Below are positions 11,477-23,356 of a DNA stretch of 64,000 nucleotides, in pieces. The DNA is taken from NCBI GenBank assembly GCA_002104905.1, contig MCFE01000372.1, positions 1 to 64,000 on the forward strand. The letters are read 5' to 3'. The stretch is from Basidiobolus meristosporus CBS 931.73. Lineage: Eukaryota; Fungi; Basidiobolomycota. How positions within the stretch are numbered: the first letter of the stretch is position 1; the number at the start of each line of letters is the position of its first letter. The translations under genes were made by a program, and so were the position numbers. The notes under the pieces are model-generated. The model was not told the origin of the DNA. It ran no database searches and saw only the letters and a program-made list of their open reading frames with translations.

Positions 11477-12514
11477 TTATTCGGCTGCCATCAACTTCTT
11501 AATTTCGGCAATGGCTTTACCAGGGTTAAGGCCTTTAGGACATGTTCTAGCACAGTTCATGATTGTGTGGCAGCGGTACAAGCTGAAGGGATTTTGTAGT
11601 TTTTCACGACGTTCTGACCCATATTCATCTCTGGAATCGATCATCCAGCGGTAGGCTTGCATCAATACTGCGGGGCCAAGATACTCATCTTGATTCCACC
11701 AGTAGGAGGGGCAAGAGGTAGAGCAGCAAGCACAAAGAATGCACTCGTATAGGCCATCCAGTTTCTTGCGGTCCTCAATGCTCTGAAGGTTCTCACGTGC
11801 TCCCTCCTTGAGTGGAGTCTTCTGCTTGAGGTAAGGCTCGATGCTCTTGTATTGCTTATAGAAATTGTTCAAATCAGGGACCAAATCTTTGACGACATAC
11901 ATATGGGGCAGTGGGTAAATCTTGACGGCGGCTTTCTCTTCACGCTCGATCTTACAGATACAAGCAAGGGTGTTACCACCATATATGTTCATAGCGCATG
12001 AACCGCAAATACCTACATGATGGTTAGAAAGCGTCCCTCCACTGAAGTACATACATCAGCTCACCTTCACGGCAGGAACGACGGAAAGTTAAAGTAGGAT
12101 CGATTTCGTTCTTGATTTTTAATAAAGCGTCTAGGACCATAGGGCCACAGGTGTTTACGTCAATGGTGTAGTCTTGAAGCTTGGGCTTCTCGGTGGGCTC
12201 GTCAGGGTTCTGTGGGAGGAAATAACTGTTACTACGCACCTCAAAATACACTAGTTTGTCAAAGCCACATACCCAGCGATAGATAGAAAAGGTTTTGTAC
12301 AGTGGTGCTTTACCGGTAGGGTTGGGGGTTTCCTCACTTGCTTGAGGGACTGGACCAGATTGGAAGCCTCTCACTCCGACGCTAGTGAGCTATAAATCAA
12401 AAGTCAATTCTCGGCTCAGTCGTAGAGTATGTGTTTGGAACTCACGATTGGTGCGGCTTGTCTAGTGAGCGGTCTGGAAGCTCTGGATGCGATAGTCAAA
12501 AGTGAGGCTGACAT
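11477..12514 (-). CDS. SDH2: Succinate dehydrogenase iron-sulfur subunit; exons 12514-12446, 12389-12273, 12209-12065, 12012-11477
   Basis: Mitochondrial presequence [18 protein letters not shown]; [16 protein letters not shown]; [17 protein letters not shown]; [17 protein letters not shown]. Confidence 0.97.
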
Positions 12515-15500
12515 GACGTCTTTGTTGAAGAAGGATAATAGGAGAGTGAAAGAACAAAGAGCAAAAGACCAAGTTCAAACGGAAAGATGTAAGCAAACAC
12601 CAAGAATATATTCCAGTCAAAATTCAAAAACACAGGTTGGGGAAAGGGGCATCGCATTCCGAAGTTATATCAGCGATCCATTTCAGGTTCCGAAACTAGG
12701 GGAACAAGCTTATGCTTGGGTTTACCTCCTCCAGAGTATTTAGGATCAACATAAATTATGTCAATACCCCAAGTTCCAAATCCACTCCCTACCCAGTCCT
12801 TTCGTCTGAATATCAGGATCAGAGAATTAAAGGAGCCCCACTGACTTTGTGATCATCGAAAGTGAGACAATGAAATGATTGACAGGTGACATTACTCTTG
12901 TTCACATGGTAAACCAACGGTCATCGATGTAATAACTCTCATTATACCGCAAGGATATGCGATGATTATTTTGGGGATTTGACAGATGTAAGGTGGGGCA
13001 GAACCATTGGATCTCAGTGATGCTCCATGGACTACTCATATCGGGCCTAGGACTACAGTCCTTTTTGATTTCCGGACCATTGTATAGTGTGTGTAGTGTC
13101 TTCATGCCGTACCGAACTCTTCCACATAATGATGTTCGTTTCCCACGTCAGCCATCACGTAGCACGAGCTCGGCATCTTTCTTCTGATGACCAATCATCA
13201 TGCCCCGATTTGTCCGAGTGTTCTCGGGTCATTTCGTATTGCTGGACTTAGGTGTCAAGCAGATTTTGGTTTTCTGTCAAGTCAACTTCCTAACCGAGAA
13301 TTTTTACATGCTCTCCTAGTTTACCCGTAGAAACTATACAAATCTGGCTAATATCGGAAGGTGAATATGGCATGACGGTCCACAATATATATCCTTCAAC
13401 TTGAGAACAACTCTTATTGAATCGAGGTCTATATCGGTTAGACCCAGGACCTTCGAAACACAACATATCGAGTAACAAATTGTTATTGATTGATCGATGG
13501 TCGATCGATTCATCAAGTCGACGATCCTGGTTTATTTTGAGAATATGTGTTTATTGATTGAATAATACATTCTGAAAGGACTTGCGATAATGGTACTGAA
13601 TATTACCGAATACTCCGATAAATACACCCATATTTATAACAGCCTTTTTCACATCGATACCATGATTAAGTTAAGTGACTCAATGGATTTTGAATAACTA
13701 GAAGGTAACAGTTAATGTAAGCATTGAACCTAATAGATCATGGTATTCCGTCTCCTAATTCAGCTGAAGCAGAATTGCATAGCCGAGATGGCATGACGAT
13801 CATTTAGCTAGATGTGTGACCATATTCCGATGTTTTTCAATATCTAGATGGGCTTCCCGGTATATCCATTGCCATGCAAGCAGATGAAAAGTTTGTTACT
13901 AGATAATCAGCAAATTGTTTGTATTCTCAATGCAAACGGTGATGCAATCAACGGATAGTGTAGTATACTACCTGGTCCAGGTGAAGCTGATAAGGTATCA
14001 ACGGCGATGTCAACCCCATGACGCTATTGCTTTTGAACAGATGGCCGGGTATCTTTAGGGCTGGTGTTCGTTATTAGATTGAGAAGTTTGATGACTAGCG
14101 GGCAAGATTAAATAGAGGGCCCAGATTATTGACCCTCGGAGTTACCCCAAGCCAAGACCAGAGCGTATTGGTTTACCCTAGTTGTTAGTTGATAAATGTA
14201 ATTTAATTCCAACATTATTTTCAACATCCTCAGTTCCCTCGACGATAGCTTCGTATTGTAGTGTATGATCTTGAGGGGCCATTCGTGCCACAAAATACAA
14301 TGCTGCTGAAAATGTTCGTTTATCATATATTCTCATTTTTTGTACAACATTGTTAAACTTACCCAAGTATTAAGCCGAAAACCATAATCCACATTTCTAC
14401 ACCGTCCTTGGATCTCATGCCTAGACTATTGTGTATATGGCGGATTAGCACTTAACCTAGGGATTGACGACGAGGCTTGCTTGAAACCATCATGTTACAC
14501 CAGCAATGATGTAATTGCTGGTGCGGTCTAGATTATGTGCTACATACATAAGATATTAATTTCAGCCCGGTCTCGATATTCGTCTCGTCACATGATGTAA
14601 TGTTTACCTTGTTTATGTTGATATAAACACTTTTCATGCTCAGCTCAAATCCAAAGTATAGAAAGACACTTCACAATTTATCACATATGACGAGCTCGCC
14701 ATTCAGGTATAATAATAGTTAAATACGAAGTATACCGCGCGCGGCTCTATCCGACTGCCAATAGAACGAATACCTGGAATGGCCATTTGGCAGAGTTGTG
14801 GCACAGCCTAGATGAAGTAAATATTTGCTTGGAAATTTCCGAACGCTCTAGATTGAGGCGGTAACTAATGGTCTACATGCGGGCTTTTCAGTGTTTAGTA
14901 GTATCGTACATACATGGAAAACAAACCATCCTGTTTCAGCATATTGCGCTTGTCAGATAGAGGTATGATGTGGTGAGCTAGAAGGTATTTCCACCATATA
15001 TGCCTAGTCAAAACCACCCATCCTACTCTACTTGCTGATAAAGCCAGCGAGGAAATCCCCTACAATGGATCCCATTAACTCGTGAGTAGCAATCTGATTT
15101 ATATTTGCTTGTGAGAATGTGGGGAGAGTCAAACAAATGAATGATCGCAGAGCCGACTTGTGGAATTTTAACAGTCTTAAACCTGTAATTACATTACAAA
15201 TATGGCAAATTTTCATTCAATCATTCGAACTCGTGCCATATTATTCAACACCAGGTTCATGATAAAATATAACCCGATTTCACCTCAGCATTAATTCAAT
15301 TCTTTTGGAAGTTGCGCTTTCCACCACTATTTGCCTTCCTTTACTTTCTTCAGCAACCACCATTGCACTAAAGTGCCTTTGTACCTATTCCTTCGAGTTA
15401 ATCTTAATTAATTAGTAAACAGCTTGCACATATAGCGCCGTAACTCCTTATCAAACCCTCTAAACATCTTAAATTTACCTTTTCTGTTTACCGCAAAGCC

Positions 15501-15556
15501 TTCTTTATCTTACTTTGCGTGGCCCAGAATTTTGATAATTACTCACAAATAGTATT

Positions 15557-17100
15557 ATGGGTAAAGGCACGAGCGTATCGTCAAATCCGGATGATTCTCC
15601 AAATTCCAAACCTGCCAAACCCCCGATCAACACTAACCCTCTAGCGTTCCGGACTATGGTAAAAGAGCCAAACCCTTTCAGCGAGCTGAGAGACTTTGAC
15701 AGAAACAAGCCTGTCATATTACGTTCTCATGAAGAAGGTTTACATAATCTCACTTCTAGAAAGTTTCCCTTTGGAGGATATGCCAAATCGGAGTTGAGTT
15801 TTTATTTGCCTAGCTCAAATAGGGCAAAGTTTGACGAGCCCTTCGATTCTGGGTCCTCAGACTCCAGCGTCAAGGCTAGTATATTGAGCTCCAAACCTGA
15901 AATTCATCGGCGGGCCCGCCCCCTGTCTGTACCTCGATATTCCTCCATCCCTCATCGAGGACAGTCGGAGGATCTTATAGCAAAAGAGGCTCGTACCAAT
16001 CGAAAGGTTCTTCATTACCGCCCACATCTTTATTGACCATGGACTAAATCCCGCGATATTTTACAAAGATTATGGACCTCGAAATATCCAACAATTCGTT
16101 GTTGTCCATCAACTCTTCGCTTGAAGCAAAGGTAAAATCTCAAGCGGCGCAAATCGAGAAGTTGGAGAGGAAGATAGCTAGGTATGCACACTCGCACGAG
16201 CCTGTCTGCATATTTTACTTACATCTTTCTACCAAGCTTACTTGAAGGTAACCCAGACCTTTCACTACCTGAAATACCACGGGTTAATTGCAAGGTATAG
16301 TAGTTAAGCATGTGGTACATTTTCCTACCAATCTTATCATCGATTATGCCAGGAATGCACCGCGATCGAGGGCAACCAAGATGAAAATGATGCTCTTGAT
16401 GATCAAGGCTTCAACCGCGTTTGCTCAATGTTAGACACATTGATATCTGATGCCAAGAAAGCATTGGAATACAAAAACCGAATCAATATTAGCAAGGTGC
16501 TGAATACGTTTCATTCAGGTAACTGCATTTCACAATGCTCAAGAAGAGCAGCCAGACAAGGCTAACGTACTATTACGCCATAACAAAGAGAATATCCCTA
16601 ATGCATCAAACAATACATCGGACGAAATGTACAAAGTGATTATACGGAACTTGAATGACATTTGTGAGGAGCAGGAGCCGGAGTCACATGACCGCAACGA
16701 AGGCTTGGGCCCTCCGAATTCCAGGGAGAGCGAAGTAACCATACATCAGACTAAACTGCGAGATCACGTGACTAAGGATTCCAAGCTGGAGTTGAGGGAC
16801 CAACGAATTGACGACCTGATCAGCCAAATATGGAAACTCACAGATATCAAAGGATCTGTTTTCTCCGAGGTTCATAATACGTCAATTCAGAAGAGGCTAA
16901 GCTCACCTATTGCGAATTCACCGTTTGCAAGCAACCAGGACATCATGTTCAGTGTCTTATCTCAGATGAAGCAATCACTGGGGAGCGATGAAATGAAGAA
17001 GCGTCAAATACTATTCTCGAATTCTACCGTCGCTGATACACAATCTTTGAAGATCCCTGGTAGAATACCTGCGAAAAGTAGCTCGCTCACTCCACGGTAA
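15557..17100 (+). CDS. Hypothetical fungal coiled-coil protein; exons approx. 15557-16006, 16069-16181, 16237-~16295, ~16352-16518, then ~16544-17100
   Basis: The spliced frame gives RTNRK|IMDLEISNNSLLSINSSLEAKVKSQAAQIEKLERKI and FNRVCSMLDTLISDAKKALEY, which resemble motifs I recall from uncharacterised fungal proteins. The junction near 16500-16545 is unresolved. Confidence 0.7.
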
Positions 17101-17769
17101 CGTCGCTCTAGCTGCGAGGCGGAAGGACGTAGTTTGTCCTTGCAATCCCTCCTCGTAAGCACCCTATCATTCCAAGCGCCATTTTTAATACGGTACTCTC
17201 CTCGAGCACATAACACATGTATGATTTACTCCGCTTCACCATCCCCTACCAGCTTGCAATTCCATCCCAAACGCGCGATTTTGTTCTTTTCATGTAATAT
17301 AGGAAATTGATGAACCCAGTTGCTTAGCTTATTTGTTACGTCAGATAGGTTTCGTCTTCAGTACCCTGGTGGGGTTTTGAGATGGTAACTTGCAACATGG
17401 AATATACTTTAGTCAATGCGATCTTCCAGAATGAAGCATTTTCATTGATCTTTGGCCCTTATGTATCTGCGTTCAGCAAGGATGGGCAGCGCAGCAGAAC
17501 AAATTGAATGGTGCGAGTGGATTAGCCGAATTGTGTTACACCAAGTCCTAAATTGTCAACCGGGGCTCCCACAGATAAGATTGAGGATAAGGATAAACTG
17601 TTTTGGTATGCCAAGATTGAGAGATAGGTAGCCATTAGGGCAATCCTCCAAACCTAACCTTAAATCCATGAAACGGAGTATACGGAATCATGTGATCCCA
17701 CCCTTGTAACGAACATATATAGCAATGCGTGATGCCGAAGATGCCGGAGCATGGATCTCTCACAGAGGG

Positions 17770-19083
17770 CTCCGTGGAAAATAGCAGATGTCGCCGTAAG
17801 CGAAAGACTCGATGCTGGACATGGTGGTGAAGACATGGTACACGAACGACACAGGATCCATCTCCTTGATGATCAACATCATCTACTCAATGACGCCAAG
17901 ATCGTCTACGTTATGGCATCGTAAGAGTACATCTTCAAGGCCTGATGCCCATATTGATTTAGCAACATTCAAGATGTTATCTTACGTGACATCGAGACTC
18001 TGGGGGCACTTGGAGATGACGGTTCGTTTCATGTGATCATTTCTGGAACTGTGGTTTAATTGGATGTTTGGGGCTGAAACAGCCGTGTATGGATCAAGCA
18101 ACGTAGTCCAAGATTCCAAGGCTAGCCAAAGTACTTCACCCATTAATCTCTGAGCTCTACACAGTCGGTTCGATAAATTATCTAGTCAGGGAACACAAGA
18201 ATGAAGCCAGGTGTTGCGTATGTCCTTCCATATATATTCAGATGCGGCAGCAGTAGTCGGATTATGGAGAGAGACTGGGCACATTTCCCTGGTCAGGTTC
18301 AGAAAAGTGTCTGTTAGGTGGTACAACGGGGTAGAGCAGCTAACCCGTAAAATAAGCTTCGATATCAAGTCATGATAGAGTTTAGGTTTTGCACGATAAA
18401 AGGAAATCACCTGTTCAGCTGAGTACAATTGTGGCTATTCGTCAGAAAACCGTATCATACGACTACAATATGATAAGGCAATTATTATCATTTCATTACG
18501 CTGTAGATATCTATTGACTCGATTAGCCATAGTATCAGCGCGTTTTCATTCGTCACCGCGTCTCTCTGTACCAGTGGTTAGAGTTAGGAAAGCAGGTTTG
18601 AATCCGAAATGTGTCGGCATATTTTCCCGTGAAAATACTTCACTGAGCCATCGCCGCGGTGAGCTGAACGTTTTCTTTGCGGGAAGGATGTTTGAGACGG
18701 ATCCCATTGTACCCTATGCAGTTGTAATCTATCAGGATGGATGATTCTTGAGATTCTTTTGAGGAACGTGTTTGGGCTTGAGTAATTCCCACCATTCCTA
18801 GGAATTCGATGCATCATTAATATCTCACAAATGGCAGTAGGATGTTCTTAATGTGTGTCATGCGCTTTGCAATAACTCTAATATAGTCACTATGGGGCCA
18901 AATTTCTGGGTACAAGGATGATACAGGGTTTGCTCCTAGCTTGCCCATTTCTAATGAAGCCGAGAGATTGGTGTAGGTCGCCTCTATATTAGGATAAGAT
19001 TCAGACGGTGGTTGCATTGATTTATCCTTCGGAACACACCGGTGGCACGAGATTTCCAAGTCATATGACTCTGAAGTGAGCAT
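17770..19083 (-). pseudogene. Possible decayed protein-coding gene (broken ORF pieces)
   Basis: Consecutive minus-strand fragments with protein-like composition (LYPEIWPHSDYIRVIAKRMTHIKNILLPF; EQVISFYRAKPKLYHDLISKLIL; LEDVLLRCHNVDDLGVIE*MMLIIKEMDPVSFVYHVF). No family recognised. Confidence 0.25.
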
Positions 19084-19759
19084 TGAGTCATTTACTCAAA
19101 ACGATGGGTTGACTACCTGAGCTAAACTGCCCTAACCTACCCATGGCGGTGGAGTGGTCGCAGGTGGCAAGAATGTCGACCCATCCCATCCAATACCAGT
19201 TGGGTTGCCATGAGGTGATTCAGCCAGCATGAGGTGGTTTCGGCCTTTGCTTGTGATGACCATAGAGAGCAACCGAAGCCGCTACATTCAAGCGATACGA
19301 ACCAATAAACTACGCTGGACTCAAAGGCCCGATCGTAAACATTCTCACAGTTTGTTCAAATGGATCTCACTGCCTATCATCGATGAATGAACTATAGCCA
19401 TCAAGGATGTGGTTTATCGGCTGTGTCTAATCATATGTGTAGTTGGTTGACCCATAGATTGGCAACATTATAATTCCTCAGTGCCTCTCGTGTCTCGGTG
19501 GATATCCACTCGAAATGATCATTCGATGGATAGGCCTGATAGGGGATAATGGAGATATATAGTTGATAGGAATTTCTCACCGATATTGATCACCATCTTC
19601 TTGGGGAGATAGAAAGAAAATCCATTGTGGGAATAACAGCTCTTGAATGATCAAGCAATTCCCTAACCCAGAACTTTTTCTCACATAGCCAGCTCAAACC
19701 TGCACAATAGAATCGGGTTGACTAGCCCAGTGGACGGACGCGACGCCCATATGTGACTC

Positions 19760-20026
19760 ATGGAAACCGCCATCTTCGTTTTGTTTGGCACATTGAGTGC
19801 ATGGAAATTTTACCACGGCAATAAAGTTCGGGAACAATACGAAAAATACCACCTCCTGGTCCCAAATCCTATGACAACGGGTCCCCCTTCGTGGAACTGG
19901 TGGTTTGAGCAGGAAAGATTGGAATTGTGCGTTGCAGAGGCTTTCAATTCGAAGACAGTGTCACCTACGGCTGATGACCATCCAACAATCTATGCTAGCC
20001 TTCCGAGCCGGTTGGCAACCAAATAG
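19760..20026 (+). CDS. Small hypothetical ORF (88 aa) with a short hydrophobic N-terminus
   Basis: ATG-initiated ORF METAIFVLFGTLSAWKFYHGNKVREQYEKY; no homology recognised. Confidence 0.2.
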   Translation: METAIFVLFGTLSAWKFYHGNKVREQYEKYHLLVPNPMTTGPPSWNWWFEQERLELCVAEAFNSKTVSPTADDHPTIYASLPSRLATK

Positions 20027-20580
20027 GCAAATGAAATGTAGCATAGTGGAATGCTCAACCCAATGGTAGGTCTCGGGTTGACCGCTCTAATCCTGTATGC
20101 TTGCCAATAGCGGTCAATACAGTTGTGGGCATTTCTGTTGGACCGTTTGCGATACCCATATCTAGTATCTCTATTTCCCTCGAATCTACATTTGACCACA
20201 ATTCGTGGTATTTTTACATATCGGATGATTTCCAAGGCCGCAAACAGGTTTTGTGTGAAGTTTGTTCAGAGCCGCATAGTAGCTCTGATAATTCAACCTT
20301 CCAAAAGAGACCATCTCGTGTCACGTTCGGTCCATGGTCACACTCGATATTTGGAAAAACTTTATTTACTATTCTGCGAAATTCGTTAATTTGTCGCTCA
20401 TGTGCTCCTTTTCGCATGTACTCAGGTTGTGATTCCAAACGAAATATAAAAGGCTCGAATTCTTCGGGGGAAATTAGCTAACCTTCTCATTACTAACATA
20501 TCTGCAACGCACCATATCCCACTCATAACCTCAATCATATCTACCTCAACCTTCCTTTAGATTGCATAGTAGAGGGTATT

Positions 20581-22095
20581 ATGAACACATCAAATTCGGA
20601 TACGAAGCACGAATCCGCATACTACGACGAGAAGGCCCCAAGTCTGAATCTGGAGGATGGCGACTTAAAAAGAAGTCTAAAATCTCGCCATCTTTCCATG
20701 ATTGCTATTGGAGGCACAATCGGAACTGGCCTTTTCCTGGGGAGTGGTGGTTCCATACACACTGCTGGACCTGGTGGTGCCTTGGTGGCCTACGCGTTGA
20801 TTGGCATTATGGTATTCTTTCTGATGACCAGCTTAGGCGAAATGGCTGCATACATGCCGATTTCTGGATCGTTCAATACTTACGCCTCAAGATTCGTCGA
20901 CCCCGCACTTGGTTTTGCTTTGGGTTGGAATTACTGGTTTAGTTGGTCAATTACTGTTGCCGTGGAACTTGCTGCAGCTTCAGTCATTATGTCTTTTTGG
21001 CTTCCAAATTTTCCATCATGGGTATGGTCGCTTGTTCTACTGGCTATCATGATCGGCTTTAACGCACTATCGGTAAAAGGATATGGAGAATCCGAGTATT
21101 GGTTTGCTCTGATCAAGGTTCTTACCGTGATCGTGTTTATTATTGTTGGCATCGTTTTCATATGTACTAGAAAGGGAGATGATGCTGCACTCTATGGTCC
21201 ATCCAACTTCACATACGGTGAGGCGCCATTTAAGGATGGAGTCCTCGGTGTAGTACAAGTCTTTTTGATTGCAGGATTCTCTTTCCAAGGTACAGAGATC
21301 GTAGGCGTTACAGCTGGAGAATCAGAAAACCCTCAGAGAGATGTTCCCAGAGCCGTGAAGCAAGTTTTCTGGCGTATTCTTCTTTTCTACATCTGTGCTA
21401 TTACAGTTCTTGGCATGATCGTCCGTTATGACAATCCGAATTTACTGAGCGGTGATGTTGAATCAATCGCAGAAAGCCCATTTACTACAGTGTTCAAGCT
21501 GATAGGCTTCGCCCCGGCTACCCACCTTATGAATGCCATTGTGCTGCTAACTCTACTCTCTGCCGGAAACTCGGGTGTCTATGCTGCAACAAGAACATTA
21601 TGGGTTTTGGCCAATGAGGACAAGGCCCCCAAGTTTCTCAAGAGAGTCAGCCGTAACGGAATTCCACTATTTGCTCTTGCGTTTACCGCATTGATCTCAT
21701 GCCTTTCGTTCGCGACCTCTCTTTTCGGCAACCAGGTTGTTTACAACTGGTTATTGAACGCGTCTGGTATTACTGGATTCATTGCATGGTTCGGTATCTC
21801 CGTCTCCCATTTCCGATTCCGCAAAGCCTTTGTAGCCCAGGGAAATGATATCCAGCAACTGCCCTACAGAGCTATGTTCTACCCCTTCGGTCCAATCTTT
21901 GCTACCATCCTAATTATCATTGTGATTGTTGGGCAAGGGTACTCAGCATTCACCGCGAGTCCAGTTGATTGGATCGGTCTCGTTGCCTCGTACCTTGGAC
22001 TGTTCATCTTCATTATACTCTACATCGGGTACAAGATTATTAAGAGGTCTAAACTTGTTCCCTTAACCCAATGTGATCTATCCAGATCAATGTAA
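20581..22095 (+). CDS. APC-superfamily amino-acid permease, LysP-like; intronless
   Basis: LKSRHLSMIAIGGTIGTGLF, GFSFQGTE, ESENP, VFWRILLFY and SAGNSG motifs; about 12 hydrophobic segments; 504 aa. Confidence 0.95.
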   Translation: MNTSNSDTKHESAYYDEKAPSLNLEDGDLKRSLKSRHLSMIAIGGTIGTGLFLGSGGSIHTAGPGGALVAYALIGIMVFFLMTSLGEMAAYMPISGSFNTYASRFVDPALGFALGWNYWFSWSITVAVELAAASVIMSFWLPNFPSWVWSLVLLAIMIGFNALSVKGYGESEYWFALIKVLTVIVFIIVGIVFICTRKGDDAALYGPSNFTYGEAPFKDGVLGVVQVFLIAGFSFQGTEIVGVTAGESENPQRDVPRAVKQVFWRILLFYICAITVLGMIVRYDNPNLLSGDVESIAESPFTTVFKLIGFAPATHLMNAIVLLTLLSAGNSGVYAATRTLWVLANEDKAPKFLKRVSRNGIPLFALAFTALISCLSFATSLFGNQVVYNWLLNASGITGFIAWFGISVSHFRFRKAFVAQGNDIQQLPYRAMFYPFGPIFATILIIIVIVGQGYSAFTASPVDWIGLVASYLGLFIFIILYIGYKIIKRSKLVPLTQCDLSRSM

Positions 22096-23032
22096 TATTT
22101 TTGAAGGAGGTCAAAAGAGCGTAACATTCATTTATCACATAATAAATTAATACTAACTTGACATCCCACACCAAACACGGCCCTCCAGTCTTCCGTTCGG
22201 TTAATGCTGGGGCCCTGTGTTGTATCTATCTCCAATTCGAACGTAACGCGTGGCCGCACAATCAGTAACCGCTGCACACGGTAGTATTCTTCAGCCGATC
22301 TGTATGGTAGTCTCCAATAAAACGAAGTATTTCCTGACAATCGCCACATTGTGTTCGCCGAACTGGGCTTGTTTTTGGTGGTTCTTACGGATCTCCGGGA
22401 TAACAGCAGACTGAGGTGGGCCAAATTAATGGGTAAGATCTAGATGGGAATCATTAATAGCACTCCCGTTTACACGAACGATCAGCCTATTGCTTTTGGT
22501 CGAAGGTAGGGTCCTGTTGATATATCTCTATATGGTCATTCATGGTAATGATACATCCATCAAATTTTAAGTTTTGTTCGTCGAGCTAATCACGCAATGG
22601 ATCTATGAATTTTCATTTGTGTGGCTGATTTCCATGTTCTCGATTGCCTGCCACTTCGGGAGCGGGATTTAAGCCAACCTTTCGAAAAGAAAAGATAGGG
22701 GTACCAAGGACAGGTTGTCACAGCCGCTACCAGATTTGGTAAAGCCACTTCGAAATTATCCTTCTAATTATAACAGGCGGGAAAGGCGTTTAACATGATA
22801 TCATAACAATGGTTTGGTTTATTGACTTCCAGGTCTAGAATATGCATTAGTGGAAGTGAGGAATAAATATGTTTGACGTCAGAATAAGGAAACAAGTTCT
22901 TGGACTAGAGTCCTATACTGTATTACAAGATGAATGACTGATCAAGAGGAAATATACATGAAGCCACGGCCGAATGTTTACAACATATACAAACAATACA
23001 AGTTACAGAGATTAGAGTATATCAAGTAACGT

Positions 23033-23356
23033 TCAGCGGACTAGAGATATGCGCTGCCTCTTGGGTTTTAGGGCAATATATCTGGTAGGGAATTTCGCAG
23101 GGAAACCCAGAGGAGAGTACGTCGGCGAAGATGGTTGGAAAGAGCCGTCGATAGAAAATGTGCTCCTGACAGGAGAGGCAGGTGGGGAAAGTGTGTAGCT
23201 GGAGGATGCAGTGTTGAAAGTCAGGGGAATGAAACTTTCCATAGTGTGATCGTGAGAACCGTGGGCATCTTTGAAACGACAGGATTCACTACAATATAGT
23301 TCGTCTTCGTAGAATTCAATATAGCGATCGCAGACTGTACACCATTTGGTATCCAT
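23033..23356 (-). CDS. ECL1: Ecl1-family (life-span regulator) zinc-binding protein
   Basis: MDTKWCTVCDRYI...LYCSESCRFKD fits the Ecl1 CxxC...YCSxxC pattern, followed by a Ser/Pro-rich tail. Confidence 0.8.
   Translation of the reverse strand: MDTKWCTVCDRYIEFYEDELYCSESCRFKDAHGSHDHTMESFIPLTFNTASSSYTLSPPASPVRSTFSIDGSFQPSSPTYSPLGFPAKFPTRYIALKPKRQRISLVR

Noticed and set aside
11965-11995. SDH2 [11 protein letters not shown] where MNI(D/N)GxNTLAC is usual
   Set aside because: A single non-ligand residue that could be natural variation or a base error; all Fe-S cysteines are intact.
19084-19761. Gcn4/AP-1 sites (TGAGTCA ~19084, TGACTCA 19754) upstream of the permease
   Set aside because: About eight such 7-mers are expected by chance in 64 kb and others occur at unrelated places, so they are not distinguishable from background.
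3828-22095. Amine oxidase plus amino-acid permease as a nitrogen-catabolism cluster
   Set aside because: They are 14 kb apart with unrelated housekeeping genes (GDA1, SDH2) between them, and there is no evidence of co-regulation.
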